A stretch of DNA of 63,508 bases, filler included. It is 4 parts of 4 records of this genome, joined end to end, with 100 filler letters (N's around TTAATTAATTAA, not from the genome) between each part and the next. Parts side by side here need not be neighbours in the genome. Positions count along the whole stretch, not along the records: positions 14,880 to 45,014 come from DRR723986_4084; positions 45,115 to 52,592 come from DRR723986_4085; 2 more parts are not named here. One strand, 5' to 3'. Position 1 is the stretch's first letter. Each line of letters opens with the position of its first letter. Below the pieces are notes generated by a model. It was not told where the DNA came from, ran no database searches, and was given only the letters and a program-made list of their open reading frames with translations. A program made the translations under genes and the position numbers. Below are positions 36,487-47,060 of the stretch, one piece after another.

Positions 36487-38244
36487 CTATGTAGAGCGGC
36501 CTTTTTTTGTGGTGCTAAACTCAATCATGCTGCAGCGAATCACATCGTGGAGCTGATTCAGCAGCGATTCTTTTGATTGGCCGTTGATGTAGACAAAACG
36601 GCCAACATCGCGATGGCGGTGCAGCCATGCAGCAATAATGCGCATCTCATCGACTTCTTCACGGATCTGCATGTAGGTGTGCTCAGAGTCTGCGGCCAGC
36701 TCGTGTTCAAAGTAGACCCGTTCAATGTAACGCTCGACGTCTTCGGTTTCGACCGAGCCAGGATGCAGGTATTGAAACTGCAGGCGTCCGTGGCGCACCA
36801 TGAAGACTTCAACGTGTTTTTTGCCGACCGTAGGCGCCACAATGATGACGTTGTTATCATGCACGGCGGCTGAAATAGGCTCCTGGCGGTACAACATGCG
36901 TTCGACGTCTTTAATGCGGTCTCGCAGCCATCCGGCCTCTTCAAACTCCATAGCCTCGGCATGCACCTGCATCTGTTCTTTGAGCGTGTTTATGACGCCC
37001 TCATGCCGGCCATTCAGGAAGCGGCGTACGCGTTCAACTTCGCGTCCATAGTCTTCAATGTTTTGTTTGCCTGCGCAGGGTGCAGTACAGCGGTCAATCT
37101 GGTAAAAGAGGCAGGGCGAGCGATCCATGTCGGCACGGATGTTCTCTGTGCATTCACGCAGATTAAATGTGCGGTTGACAATTTCAATGATCATCTCTGC
37201 CATGGCCCGTCCGCGAAATGGGCCGAAGTATTCGGCGCCATCTATCTGAATTTCATCGCAGCATTCCAGGCGTGGGAATTGATCTTTACTGGACAGGCGC
37301 ACAAAGGAGTGGCGCGTATAACGTTTGATCAGCGAATTATAGCGTGGCTGGTGCCGTTTGATTTCGCGTGATTCCAGCAGCAGAGCCGAGAGTTCCGTTT
37401 GTGTCTCAACCCAGCCAATGTCGGAAACGCGTCGTACCAGATCGCGGACTTTAGAGTCCTGGCGTGCTCCGCGCCGGAAATAGCTGGCTACGCGTTCACG
37501 CAGGACTTTGGCTTTGCCAATGTAGAGGACTTCGCCCTTGCCGGAGTAATAGAAATAGACGCCCGGGCGCCGTGGAATTTTCTGGAGCGTGTTGACCAGG
37601 TATTTGCGCAGTTTGTTGCGTTCAGATGCAGGAGCGCTGCTGGTAGTTGTCAGGCGGCGGCGCTGCAGTTGCAGCAGTTCAGCCAGATTGTCTATCTCAT
37701 GCTGCTCGTAGGCCATTTTGAGTAGTTCAGCCAGGATTGTAGCTGTGGCAAGTGCGTCGTCACCGGCGCGATGGTGTTTGCCGTTGTCACACTTGAAGTG
37801 TTTGGAAAGTGCCGCCAAATTAAATTTGCGTTTCTCCACCAAAAGGCGCCGCGCCAACCTGTAGGTGCAAAGTCTGGGCGGCTCAATTGGAGCAAGCCCG
37901 AGGCGCACAAAGGTCTGATGCACAAATGACCAGTCAAATTCAACATTGTGGCCCACGAAGACGGCATCGGGTTGGCTTAACATCTCGTGCAATTGTGGGA
38001 AGACTTCGATAGCCTGCGGAGCGGTGCGTAGCATGCGATTGTGGATGCCGGTCATGCGCGCCACAAATGGTGGAACGATCTGCTCAGTGTGCACAAGCGA
38101 GGAAAAACTCTCACCGACTGCGCCGCGCTGCATAACAGTGGTGCCCAATTCCATCACGCGGTGTTTGCGTGGATCCGTTCCGGTCGTTTCAACATCAACG
38201 ACCACGAAGGTGAGTGAATCGAGGCTCGCATCGGCGAATAACAT
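36487..38244 (-). CDS. DEDDh 3'-5' exonuclease fused to a UvrC-like GIY-YIG/UVR endonuclease
   Basis: VVDVETTG, HNVEFD and HRAGDDA; PGVYFY...LYIGKAK.LRERVASYF; LRECT...CLFYQIDRCTAPC; MEFEEAGWLRD. Confidence 0.92.
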   Translation of the reverse strand: MLFADASLDSLTFVVVDVETTGTDPRKHRVMELGTTVMQRGAVGESFSSLVHTEQIVPPFVARMTGIHNRMLRTAPQAIEVFPQLHEMLSQPDAVFVGHNVEFDWSFVHQTFVRLGLAPIEPPRLCTYRLARRLLVEKRKFNLAALSKHFKCDNGKHHRAGDDALATATILAELLKMAYEQHEIDNLAELLQLQRRRLTTTSSAPASERNKLRKYLVNTLQKIPRRPGVYFYYSGKGEVLYIGKAKVLRERVASYFRRGARQDSKVRDLVRRVSDIGWVETQTELSALLLESREIKRHQPRYNSLIKRYTRHSFVRLSSKDQFPRLECCDEIQIDGAEYFGPFRGRAMAEMIIEIVNRTFNLRECTENIRADMDRSPCLFYQIDRCTAPCAGKQNIEDYGREVERVRRFLNGRHEGVINTLKEQMQVHAEAMEFEEAGWLRDRIKDVERMLYRQEPISAAVHDNNVIIVAPTVGKKHVEVFMVRHGRLQFQYLHPGSVETEDVERYIERVYFEHELAADSEHTYMQIREEVDEMRIIAAWLHRHRDVGRFVYINGQSKESLLNQLHDVIRCSMIEFSTTKKGRST

Positions 38245-38266
38245 GAGTGTTCCCTGCCGCTATCTA

Positions 38267-38905
38267 TCAGTGTAAAAGAAGGTCTGCCAAGCCTGGCAGA
38301 GCGTCGGGATGTTCAAGCAGAACTGCGTGCATGCCAAAGAGTTCCGCCGCGCGAACATTCGGTTCAGAGTCGTCAATCAGCAGAATGTCTGAAGCCGGAA
38401 CTCCAATTCTTCTAACTACTTCCGCATAGATGGCTGTATCCGGCTTGCGCTCACCCAGCTCGTGCGAATAAAAGCAGGTGCGGAACATGCTCAGCACCGC
38501 ACTTGCCGGTTGAATGAATGCATCGTGATGCAGCTGGTTTGTGTTGCTCAACAGGTAGAGTTGGTAGCGCTGGGACAATTTCTGTAGCAGCTCAACCCGG
38601 CCGGCAAAGACCTCGCCCAGAATGCAGTTCCAGGCCGCGTCGATTGCGGCATCACTGCCTGCCAGTGCATGTTTTTCTCGCAGCGTTTCGCGAAATTGCG
38701 CTGGTGTAATCGCGCCGACTTCCAGCTGTGAGAACACTTCGGACTGGCGGTGTTTGTTGTACTTTGGAGCGTGCGGTAGCTGATCTGGACTGGCAACCAG
38801 TTTCCTGAAGGCCGGTTCGGCGCGCTCAAAAAATACTTCGATCAATACCTGGCCGAAGTCGAACAGCAGGATTGGCACCTGCGGAAGATTGCTGAAGTTT
38901 GACAT
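38267..38905 (-). CDS. HAD-superfamily phosphatase (YihX-like)
   Basis: FDFGQVL, LLSNTN, RKPD and IDD motifs. Confidence 0.88.
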   Translation of the reverse strand: MSNFSNLPQVPILLFDFGQVLIEVFFERAEPAFRKLVASPDQLPHAPKYNKHRQSEVFSQLEVGAITPAQFRETLREKHALAGSDAAIDAAWNCILGEVFAGRVELLQKLSQRYQLYLLSNTNQLHHDAFIQPASAVLSMFRTCFYSHELGERKPDTAIYAEVVRRIGVPASDILLIDDSEPNVRAAELFGMHAVLLEHPDALPGLADLLLH

Positions 38906-39163
38906 CGCGTTTTTTAGCTTTGCGGGATTGGCCTGACGACGGGAAATTCCAATTTTGCCGCCTGTCGGCTTGTTTACATACTCTGCGTCGGCGGGGCACT
39001 GCACGCTGCATGCCGGCGGCAAAACTCGGATCACGCCAAAGATGGCAGCTGGGGATGTTAATTACAGCGGCAGCGACAAAAATAACAATTATGCGCGAAG
39101 GCAGTCGCTTTACTGCCGACGAGAGGCTCCAATTGGAATTCAGCTACAGGGAAGAAGGACGCC

Positions 39164-40045
39164 ATGCAAGCAAGTGCACGCTATGAATTGATCGTGCTGG
39201 GAATTGGGCAGGATGCCGGCAATCCACACATCGGATGCCGCAAAACATGCTGCCGTGATGCGCGGCGCGCGTGTTTGCCTGCCTGCCTGGCAATCGTAGA
39301 TCGTCAGGATAATCAATATTGGTTGATCGACGCCACACCGCGGCTTCCAGAACAGGTGCAGGCGCTGCATGTGGCACTTCACAGTAGCACGGCAGCTGAG
39401 AGCGTGATGCCCACTCTTGCCGGAATTCTGCTGACACATGCGCACATGGGGCACTATACCGGGCTCATGTACCTTGGACGCGAGGCGATGAATGCGAAGC
39501 GGCTTTCGGTCTTTGCAATGCCGCAGATGCGCGCGTTTCTGGAAAACAACGGCCCCTGGGATCAGTTGGTGCGGCTGGAGAATATTACTCTAAAGGACCT
39601 TTCGCCGCAGGAGTCGATCATTCTGGCTCCGGGGCTGAGCATTGAAGCGCTTCCGGTGCCGCACCGCGGTGAGTACTCGGAGACTGTAGCGTTTGTGATT
39701 TCCGGTCCGCAGCAGCGCGCGCTGTATTTACCGGACATCGATACCTGGGAAACAATGCAGCCGCCGCTAACAACACTGCTGCAGGATGTTGATGTAGCCT
39801 GGCTGGACGCGACGTTTTATGATGAGGCTGAACTTCCCTCGCAGCGGCAGGCGTCTGTGCCACATCCGCCGGTGGTGCAGACTTTAAAGGTTCTCTCCGG
39901 CGAATATGCTGCTTTGCGCTCCAAAGTGCGGCTGCTGCATTTTAACCATTCGAATCCTCTGCTGGATTCAGATTCGGCAGCATGTGCGTTCGTCAAGGCC
40001 GAGGGAGTCCAATTGGCACGGGAGCTGGAGAAGTTTTTTATCTGA
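39164..40045 (+). CDS. PqqB-like MBL-fold metallo-hydrolase
   Basis: LGIGQDAGNPHIGC..CC, THAHMGHY, VPHR.EYSET, YLPDID and HFNHSNP motifs. Confidence 0.85.
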   Translation: MQASARYELIVLGIGQDAGNPHIGCRKTCCRDARRACLPACLAIVDRQDNQYWLIDATPRLPEQVQALHVALHSSTAAESVMPTLAGILLTHAHMGHYTGLMYLGREAMNAKRLSVFAMPQMRAFLENNGPWDQLVRLENITLKDLSPQESIILAPGLSIEALPVPHRGEYSETVAFVISGPQQRALYLPDIDTWETMQPPLTTLLQDVDVAWLDATFYDEAELPSQRQASVPHPPVVQTLKVLSGEYAALRSKVRLLHFNHSNPLLDSDSAACAFVKAEGVQLARELEKFFI

Positions 40046-40072
40046 TCATTGAGCAAAAAGTTCGCTACATGT

Positions 40073-41806
40073 TTACTGCAGGTCTGGATAGAGTCGCTGA
40101 AACATTGCGACAACATCGGCTTCGGTAAAGTTGAGTGTGAAGTCTCCGTGTTCCGAGGGTTTGAATTTGCCCCTACTGAAGAACGCGTCCGAATAGTCTG
40201 TAAATATTGCCGAAAAGTTGGTTAACTTTTTTGCGCTAAAGTTAACACCTTTGTGAGAGATGAATTCCTTGCTACCATCGGCATGTTCTATCGTGAGAGC
40301 TCTGTACCCGCCGCTGTAAAACTGGCTTTTACTCAGGCGAAAACCTTCAACGCGAGCATTTTTGGCGCTGTATATAACTTCTCCTTCAAAATTGCGAATC
40401 TGCAACTCCTTTGCGAACGCGCTCCCACTGGATTCAAATACCAACCCCAAATCCGGCATGTATGTGTATGTTGCGTCAAGCCAGGGGGTTAATTCCTGGC
40501 CTTCAAAAGAAACAAATTTCGATGAGACGCCACCGGCATCCGAGTGCCAGGCATCTTGGCTAAAACCGTCAATTGTTTCGGATGAGGCCGTTCTGTCGAC
40601 TTTAATAAATCTCTTGGCACTTGAATAGTCAGAGCGGTATCTGAACGTTGCGTCACTCTCATCAAAAGCGAACACGAGTTCAAACTTACTATTGCGAATC
40701 TCAAATGTTTGACCACCCAACAATGTCGTGGATACCATGTGAATCAGCCCAGAGTCATCAAAGTTATATCCTACCTGATGATTGGTGCCAATGTCCCAGT
40801 CGGAGTCGGAATCGCTGTAGACAACAGTGCCATCAGGGGCCAGGACATTCTTTCCACTGAGTAAACCTGAATATGTGCGAAACCCGGCTGGATTTGGCGA
40901 ATGCACGCGGTAGGTGCCAGGGTCAAACGTGTGCACGATATAACCACTAGTGTCGATTAAATGAAAGGAACCGTTGTGACGCACCAAGGCCTTTGAGTCA
41001 ATGAAGTGAAATTCATTGCAGCCATCATGGCAGGCATCAACATTCCCAAAACGACTGTCATACTCCTTTTCAAGCATAAATTTAGGTGGGATTGCAATGT
41101 TGCCAAACGTATCGATAAACCCATAGTGAAGAGGTGACGCCAGCATTGTCCCACCCGGAGTGTATTTGCCAATGAAAAATTTGGCGCGATTGCCGTGAAA
41201 TGGCTCAAACCACATACAAAACTTTGCATCAAAAAAATGGAGAAGCGGTGTACCGTTAAAATTGCGTAGATCAAAGTCCAGCGTGGGTGAATAACGATCG
41301 GCCCGCCTTACGTCCAGTGTGTTGTGTTCCATCCCACAATTGACTGCCTGATTGAGTTGCCGGCCCGTAAAATCCAGAACGCGCCATACTCCGGTATCCG
41401 GCTCAAGAACTTTGATATGGTCTGGAGAGCAAGTCTCGTTATAGCCGAATTTTGCAATGTTTTTGACAATAACTGGCTTTGAGTCGTATTCGAATGGTAG
41501 GATGATCTGGTTGTTGTGATCTATCACACCGTATTTATCTCCGATTCTTGCGGTCGTGATTCTTCCGTTCCAGTGCTCGCCTAACTCGTCGTATTGCGCC
41601 GGAATCATCCACTCACCCAACATGTTTATCCAGCCGAACTTACCATTGAGTTGTGCCTTGGTAATCTTGTATTTGAAGGCTGAATCAGCAAGCGGTGGCG
41701 GCAGGAGCGCCGCGATTTCTTGAGGCTCGAGCGTCACAGCGTCTTCGTGGCATCCAGCAAACATTAGGCCGAATAATACTGCGATTGCAATCAGATTTTT
41801 TTTCAT
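40073..41806 (-). CDS. WG-repeat-containing lipoprotein
   Basis: Lipobox FAGC; GKFGWINMLG..IPAQYD, KYGVID...ILPFEYD and YGFIDTFG..IPPKF repeats. Confidence 0.8.
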   Translation of the reverse strand: MKKNLIAIAVLFGLMFAGCHEDAVTLEPQEIAALLPPPLADSAFKYKITKAQLNGKFGWINMLGEWMIPAQYDELGEHWNGRITTARIGDKYGVIDHNNQIILPFEYDSKPVIVKNIAKFGYNETCSPDHIKVLEPDTGVWRVLDFTGRQLNQAVNCGMEHNTLDVRRADRYSPTLDFDLRNFNGTPLLHFFDAKFCMWFEPFHGNRAKFFIGKYTPGGTMLASPLHYGFIDTFGNIAIPPKFMLEKEYDSRFGNVDACHDGCNEFHFIDSKALVRHNGSFHLIDTSGYIVHTFDPGTYRVHSPNPAGFRTYSGLLSGKNVLAPDGTVVYSDSDSDWDIGTNHQVGYNFDDSGLIHMVSTTLLGGQTFEIRNSKFELVFAFDESDATFRYRSDYSSAKRFIKVDRTASSETIDGFSQDAWHSDAGGVSSKFVSFEGQELTPWLDATYTYMPDLGLVFESSGSAFAKELQIRNFEGEVIYSAKNARVEGFRLSKSQFYSGGYRALTIEHADGSKEFISHKGVNFSAKKLTNFSAIFTDYSDAFFSRGKFKPSEHGDFTLNFTEADVVAMFQRLYPDLQ

Positions 41807-42255
41807 AGGTTATTGACTCGCTGACTTTTTAGACCTTGGCCGTTCAACTAGGCATTGGTATCCATCTACAGGAGTTTTTATACAAGCTCGGGTAGCGCTT
41901 ACGTAATTGAGGCATGTGGTCGGAGTGTCTCTGGACGGCCCAGTGGGCTGAGAAACGGTGCCGGGAGGAATCCACCATACCTCAATTTACAAAATGTAGC
42001 AATAGCTGGAATCTGGTGTTGCTGGAGCCAAGCGTAATCTTGAAATCACTTTTGCCAGAAACTACGTTGAACGTCCAGATGGTCATGCAGAAAAGCGCGC
42101 CGGAGCACAAATGAGCGTGCCGATCCGTTAATCACTATCTGCGGAATTGTGCGGGGCGTTTTAGATGGAAGTGATTCGTCTCAAACTGCCCTTGGGTAAT
42201 TAGATTGATGCTTGGGCGCGGTAGCAGCGGATAACAGCAAAAAGGACGTGTAGAC

Positions 42256-42867
42256 GTGATACTGACAGATGGCATTCACCTGGCGGCTGCCGATTTGAAT
42301 GAACTACATGAATTTGCAGCATCGATTGGATTGCCACGGCGCTGGTTTCATGCGCATCAACGCCACCCGCATTACGACCTCTTGACGGCCGAGGCGCGTT
42401 CCAGGGCACTGGCTGCCGGTGCCAAACTCGTGCGTTCGCGCGAAATAGTTTTGTTGCTCAAGGCCAACTTTGAAGGTGAGGCCGGCCGCCGCTGGCTCAA
42501 AGCATTTCCAGATATCAGCGCGCGGTCGGGTGCGGCCGCAATTCGGGAGTTTTCTATGTTTTTATATGCCGTAACTGTGTCAATTGATCTCGAGGTTCAC
42601 GACGAGTGGTCGGAGTGGATGCGAACGGTGCATATTCCAGATGTGATGGCAACGGGTTTGTTCCGCGCCGCGCGCATGCTGCAGGTGAGTGAACCGAGTA
42701 CTGCCGGCCGTGTGACTTACCGCTTTGAATATGAGCTGCCTGACCAGGCGACCTATGACAAATACCAGAGTGAACATGCTCCGCGGCTGCAAGCTGATCA
42801 TACAGAGCGCTTCGCTGGTCGCTTTGAGGCCTCGCGCAGTCTTGCGCAACTTCAGGCCGAATGGTAA
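42256..42867 (+). CDS. DUF4031-like domain in frame with a DUF4286-like domain (internal ATG at 42556)
   Basis: ELHEFAASIGLPRRWF...HYDL...ALAAGA, then Y.VTVSID...EWSEWM..HIPDVMATGLF. Confidence 0.75.
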   Translation: MILTDGIHLAAADLNELHEFAASIGLPRRWFHAHQRHPHYDLLTAEARSRALAAGAKLVRSREIVLLLKANFEGEAGRRWLKAFPDISARSGAAAIREFSMFLYAVTVSIDLEVHDEWSEWMRTVHIPDVMATGLFRAARMLQVSEPSTAGRVTYRFEYELPDQATYDKYQSEHAPRLQADHTERFAGRFEASRSLAQLQAEW

Positions 42868-42981
42868 AGCGCGGGCCAAACATAAAAAAAAAGCGTGAAG
42901 ACCCCTGGGGGCTCCACGCCTGGTACAAATAATCTGGACTTGAAACGGGTTGAGGCCAAGCTGCGAACTCAGCCAGAGCGG

Positions 42982-44580
42982 TTAACGAGTGACCTGGAGT
43001 TTGTTGGCCAAAGTGTATTCGCCGGCCTGAAGTACGAGCATGTAAGCGCCACTGCCCAAGGAGCTTGTTTCGAGCATTTGCATGTGTTCACCGGCCTCCA
43101 GCGCGCCCAGAGGCAACTCGAGAACTGTGCGACCGCTGACGTCCTGGACCATAACGGTGACTTCGGCGGCTTTGCGTAGAGCAAAACTGAGCTGTGTGAT
43201 ATCGTCTGCCGGATTCGGCGCGATTTTGACGGCCTGAGGGTCGAGTGGATTATTGGGATCCACACTCACGATCAGAATTCCGTTGCCAAGCAGAGTCACG
43301 ATTTTGGGTGTGAGTCCGTTGGCAAAGCGGATAGTCATTGTGCCGCTGGTAGCACCAAGAACGTCCGGTGCAAACCAGACCTGAAATTGTGTTGAGGCAC
43401 TGGGCTGAACGGTAACCGGTCCACTGAAATCGTGGCGGAACATGCCGCGTGGATTTTCGGTAATGTCTACGTTGGTAAATGTAATCGCAGCATCACCTTC
43501 GTTGCTGATTTGCAGCGTCGTAACGGTCTCAAAACCGCGGCCAAAGTCACCGAAGTCAATCAGGTCGGGTTTGTTGTCGATCAACTTGACGTCCGCCGAT
43601 TCCAGGTACCACACCAGCACGTTATTGTCCGTACCACCGCTGATTACTGTGCCGTTGCTGGGACCGAAGTTGGCATAACGCACCGAGCCTTCGTGGCCCT
43701 GCAGATTTTCGATTTCGTCCTGCGATTCCACGTCCCAAACGCGTACCGAGGCGTCACCGGCGGCAGAAACCATGCGAGTACCATCGCGACTAAATTTTGC
43801 ACAGTTAACCGTTCCCTCGTGTCCGCTGAAACGAGCAACTTCGGTGCCACTTTCGATGTCCCAAAGGATGATGTTAAAGTCAAGTCCGGCAGTCGCCAGG
43901 CGCCCATCCGGATGGAATTCCACCCAGCGTGAGCCACCGGGATTTCCGGTGAAGGTGCGCAAGAGTGTACCGTTGCCGGCATCCCAGATATTGACTTCGC
44001 CCTCGCGGCTGGTGGCTGCCAGGCGTGTAGCGTCGTTGTTAAGCGCCACTGACTGCACAACTGAGGTTTCGACCGGGATGCGTTGTACAATTGTTTTGCT
44101 TGCGGGATCGGAGATCAGGATCTCGGTGTCGCGTCCGCCACTGGCAATGCGTGTGCCGTCGCCGGAGTAGCTTACCGTCAGGACGTCGCCCTGATGCTGC
44201 AGGACTGTGTCGATCAGCGTCAGATCATCGGGGTTCCAGCGCATGACGAGGCCATCCCAGCCACTGGTCAGAATGTAGCTGTAGTCCGGTGCATACTGTG
44301 CCGTATAGACGGCGGTGGTATGTGCGAACTCGTCTTTAACCGTTTCCCTGCGGAAGGGTTCCCACAGGCGGATAAATTGATCGCTGCTACCGCTGATAGC
44401 GCGCGACCCATCCGCGTTGAGGTTAGCCATAAAGACTGAGCTTGTGTGACCTTCAAGGAGAACCGATTCAAATGCTGTGCTGGAGGACGTTGCCAGGAAA
44501 AAGATCGTAGCTGCGGCCAGGATTGTCTGTGTCAACTTCGTCAGATTTCGCGACTGTGCACGCGCGTGGCGAGCGTTCAT
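42982..44580 (-). CDS. WD40 beta-propeller with ASH Ig-like domain and T9SS CTD
   Basis: About 7 GH...WD repeats; DFGDFGRG..ISNEGD; APNPADD...LGSGAYMLVL...KLQVTR. Confidence 0.88.
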   Translation of the reverse strand: MNARHARAQSRNLTKLTQTILAAATIFFLATSSSTAFESVLLEGHTSSVFMANLNADGSRAISGSSDQFIRLWEPFRRETVKDEFAHTTAVYTAQYAPDYSYILTSGWDGLVMRWNPDDLTLIDTVLQHQGDVLTVSYSGDGTRIASGGRDTEILISDPASKTIVQRIPVETSVVQSVALNNDATRLAATSREGEVNIWDAGNGTLLRTFTGNPGGSRWVEFHPDGRLATAGLDFNIILWDIESGTEVARFSGHEGTVNCAKFSRDGTRMVSAAGDASVRVWDVESQDEIENLQGHEGSVRYANFGPSNGTVISGGTDNNVLVWYLESADVKLIDNKPDLIDFGDFGRGFETVTTLQISNEGDAAITFTNVDITENPRGMFRHDFSGPVTVQPSASTQFQVWFAPDVLGATSGTMTIRFANGLTPKIVTLLGNGILIVSVDPNNPLDPQAVKIAPNPADDITQLSFALRKAAEVTVMVQDVSGRTVLELPLGALEAGEHMQMLETSSLGSGAYMLVLQAGEYTLANKLQVTR

Positions 44581-45014
44581 ATGGAACACCTGTGTAGATT
44601 CTTTTTGTGAAAAACGAGTCGTGGAGGTAGCGATGTAGGGACGCATCGCTTGAAGGAACTGGATTTCACCGTCTCTTCCCTCCTGTTTATGCTGCTGCTG
44701 GAGACAATAACGCCGAACGGGGATGAACGGCGCAACATGCAGTTTACGAAATGACGTGGACCTGGGCAAGATTGGCCGGACGTATGCTTTAAAGAGACTG
44801 TGATGTGGCGTCAATTTTGGCAACCTGGCTTTGTGCTCAGGTTGTATGTTCCGGGGCCAGGGGTAATGCATGTGGAAGTGTCTAAAACGGTTTTTTGGCT
44901 TCTGTGGACGTGTGTGTATTGGCTGTAATGTGATCCACAAAAACTGAATTGCTGGCCGTTCACGGCAGAAAACTATTCGTTTGTTTTTTTACAGATGTGC
45001 AGGTCAAAAAAGAT

Positions 45015-45114
45015 NNNNNNNNNNNNNNNNNNNNNNNNNNNNNNNNNNNNNNNNNNNNTTAATTAATTAANNNNNNNNNNNNNNNNNNNNNNNNNNNNNN
45101 NNNNNNNNNNNNNN
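45015..45114. other. Artificial contig linker
   Basis: N-run with TTAATTAATTAA. Confidence 0.99.
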
Positions 45115-46291
45115 TTTCCATGTTCACCACCATGATGATGCCCAGGTGAATGGGATCCACGCCCAGCTCAATCGCGATCGGGAACACCAGCGGCGCCACG
45201 ATGACCAACAGGCCCGATGGCTCCATAAACTGACCACCGATCAACAGGATCACGTTCACAATCACCAGGAACATGATCGGCCCAAAACCCGCATCCAACA
45301 TCGCCGCCGAGATTTGCTGCGGGATCTGTTCGTCGGTCAGAACATGCTTGAGGATCAACGCATTGGCGATGATGAACATCAGCGTCACCGTCAGCTTGCC
45401 GGCCTCAAACAGCGTATGGCGTGTGTCGCGGTGGAAAAAGGCTGTGAACAGCGCCATCGGCTTTTCGAGCAGCGACAGGTTGCGGGGCATTTCGGCCTGA
45501 TGCAGCGGCCCCATGTCGCGATAGACAAAGGAGGCGATGAAGAAGGCATAGACCGCCGCCACCGCGGCCGCCTCGGTCGGGGTAAAGATACCGCCGTAGA
45601 TGCCGCCAAGGATGATCACGATCAGGAACAGCCCCCAACCGGCCTCGCGCCCCGACGACCAGACCTCGCCCCAGCCCAGCCATTCGCCTTTGGGCAGGTT
45701 CTTGATCTTGGCCATGGCATAGATCGTCACCATCAACATGGTGCCCGCCATCAGCCCCGGAATAACGCCCGCAAGGAACATCCGCCCGACAGAGACATCC
45801 GTGGCGGAGGCATAGACCACCATCACGATGGAGGGCGGGATCAGGATGCCAAGTGTGCCCGCGTTGGCGATGACGCCTGCGGCAAATTCCTTGGTATAGC
45901 CAACCTGCCGCATGCCCGCGATCACGATGGACCCGATAGCAACCACCGTGGCCGGGGATGATCCGCTCAGCGCGGCAAACAGCATACAGGCAAAGACGCC
46001 CGCAATCGCCAGACCGCCGGGCAAATGCCCGACCAGAGCGATGGAAAACCGGATGATCCGCCGCGCCACGCCGCCCGTGGACATGAAGGACGACGCCAGA
46101 ATGAAGAACGGGATCGCCAGCAAGGTGTAATGCCCCGCCATCGCCTGAAAGAACGTCTGGGCAATCGAGGCCATCGACGTGTCCGACAGCGCCAGCAGAA
46201 AGACGATAGAGGACAGGCCCAGCGATACGGCAATCGGCACGCCGATCAGCATCAGACCGACAACCATTGTAAATAGGATCACAACTTCCAT
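45115..46291 (-). CDS. dctM: TRAP transporter large permease (3' truncated at the contig end)
   Basis: LLAIPFFILA, ALSGSSPATV, GTLGILIPPSI and FTPTEAA motifs. Confidence 0.95.
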
Positions 46292-46295
46292 GATC

Positions 46296-46976
46296 TTATC
46301 CTTCCGCGTTCATATGTTTGACGTCTTCGACCGCATCCTCGGCCTCGTGGCTGACGATCAGGCTGGTTTGACGCCCGGCGATGACATGCAAGGTGGCCTG
46401 GACAAAGCGCAGCAACAGCAGCGCCGCGCCAAAGGGCAGCATGAAATAGGGAATGAACCGGGGCAGTTTTTCATAGGCCTCGCCCTCGTTCATAATCGGT
46501 TCGATAAAGCGCAGCCATTCGGGGATTGGCGTATCAATCACCTCGTACCATGCCTGATCGCGGCTGTTCTCAAACCCTGTTGGGAACCAGCGCCCCGATG
46601 TGGCATCCAGCCCGGCAAAAGGCGCCCAGTAATCCCATGCGCCTTTCATCAGCAGGCCTGCATAGATCACACAGATCAGTCCGGCGATCACCGCCAGAAC
46701 CTTGCGCGGCCCTTCGTTAAATAGGTTGATCACCGCATCCACGCCGAGATGCGCCGTGACCTTGACCGCATAGCTCATGCCAAACAGCACCAGCCAGGCA
46801 AACAGGAATGTCACCGCTTCAAGACCCCAGATGATCCCTGTGTTAAAGCCATATCGCAGCACCACGTTGATAAAGGTGATGATGGTCATCAATCCCAAGA
46901 TCAGCGCAATTGCGGTCTCTTCGATTTCACTCACAATGCGGCCTAGGCCGCTTTGGGCTTGCCCGTGCGTTGCCAT
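46296..46976 (-). CDS. dctQ: TRAP transporter small permease
   Basis: Four TM segments; NVVLRY; HLGVD; located between dctP and dctM. Confidence 0.92.
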   Translation of the reverse strand: MATHGQAQSGLGRIVSEIEETAIALILGLMTIITFINVVLRYGFNTGIIWGLEAVTFLFAWLVLFGMSYAVKVTAHLGVDAVINLFNEGPRKVLAVIAGLICVIYAGLLMKGAWDYWAPFAGLDATSGRWFPTGFENSRDQAWYEVIDTPIPEWLRFIEPIMNEGEAYEKLPRFIPYFMLPFGAALLLLRFVQATLHVIAGRQTSLIVSHEAEDAVEDVKHMNAEG

Positions 46977-47021
46977 GTGGTTCCCCCCACTTGCCTTGAA
47001 TTTCGGTGAAAATAGTAAAGT

Positions 47022-47051
47022 GCAGCCAGCCCTTTGCCAAAGGCTGGCTGC
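47022..47051 (-). terminator. Intercistronic hairpin after dctP
   Basis: GCAGCCAGCC...GGCTGGCTGC. Confidence 0.7.
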
Positions 47052-47060
47052 GGTAAGCGC

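Noticed and set aside
41903-41990. TPP riboswitch (CTGAGA present)
   Set aside because: Lacks the downstream CCTGA...TAAT...GCG core, and no thiamine gene is adjacent.
44581-44940. N-terminal extension of the WD40 ORF
   Set aside because: The signal peptide begins only after the ATG at 44580; the extension looks like open intergenic DNA.
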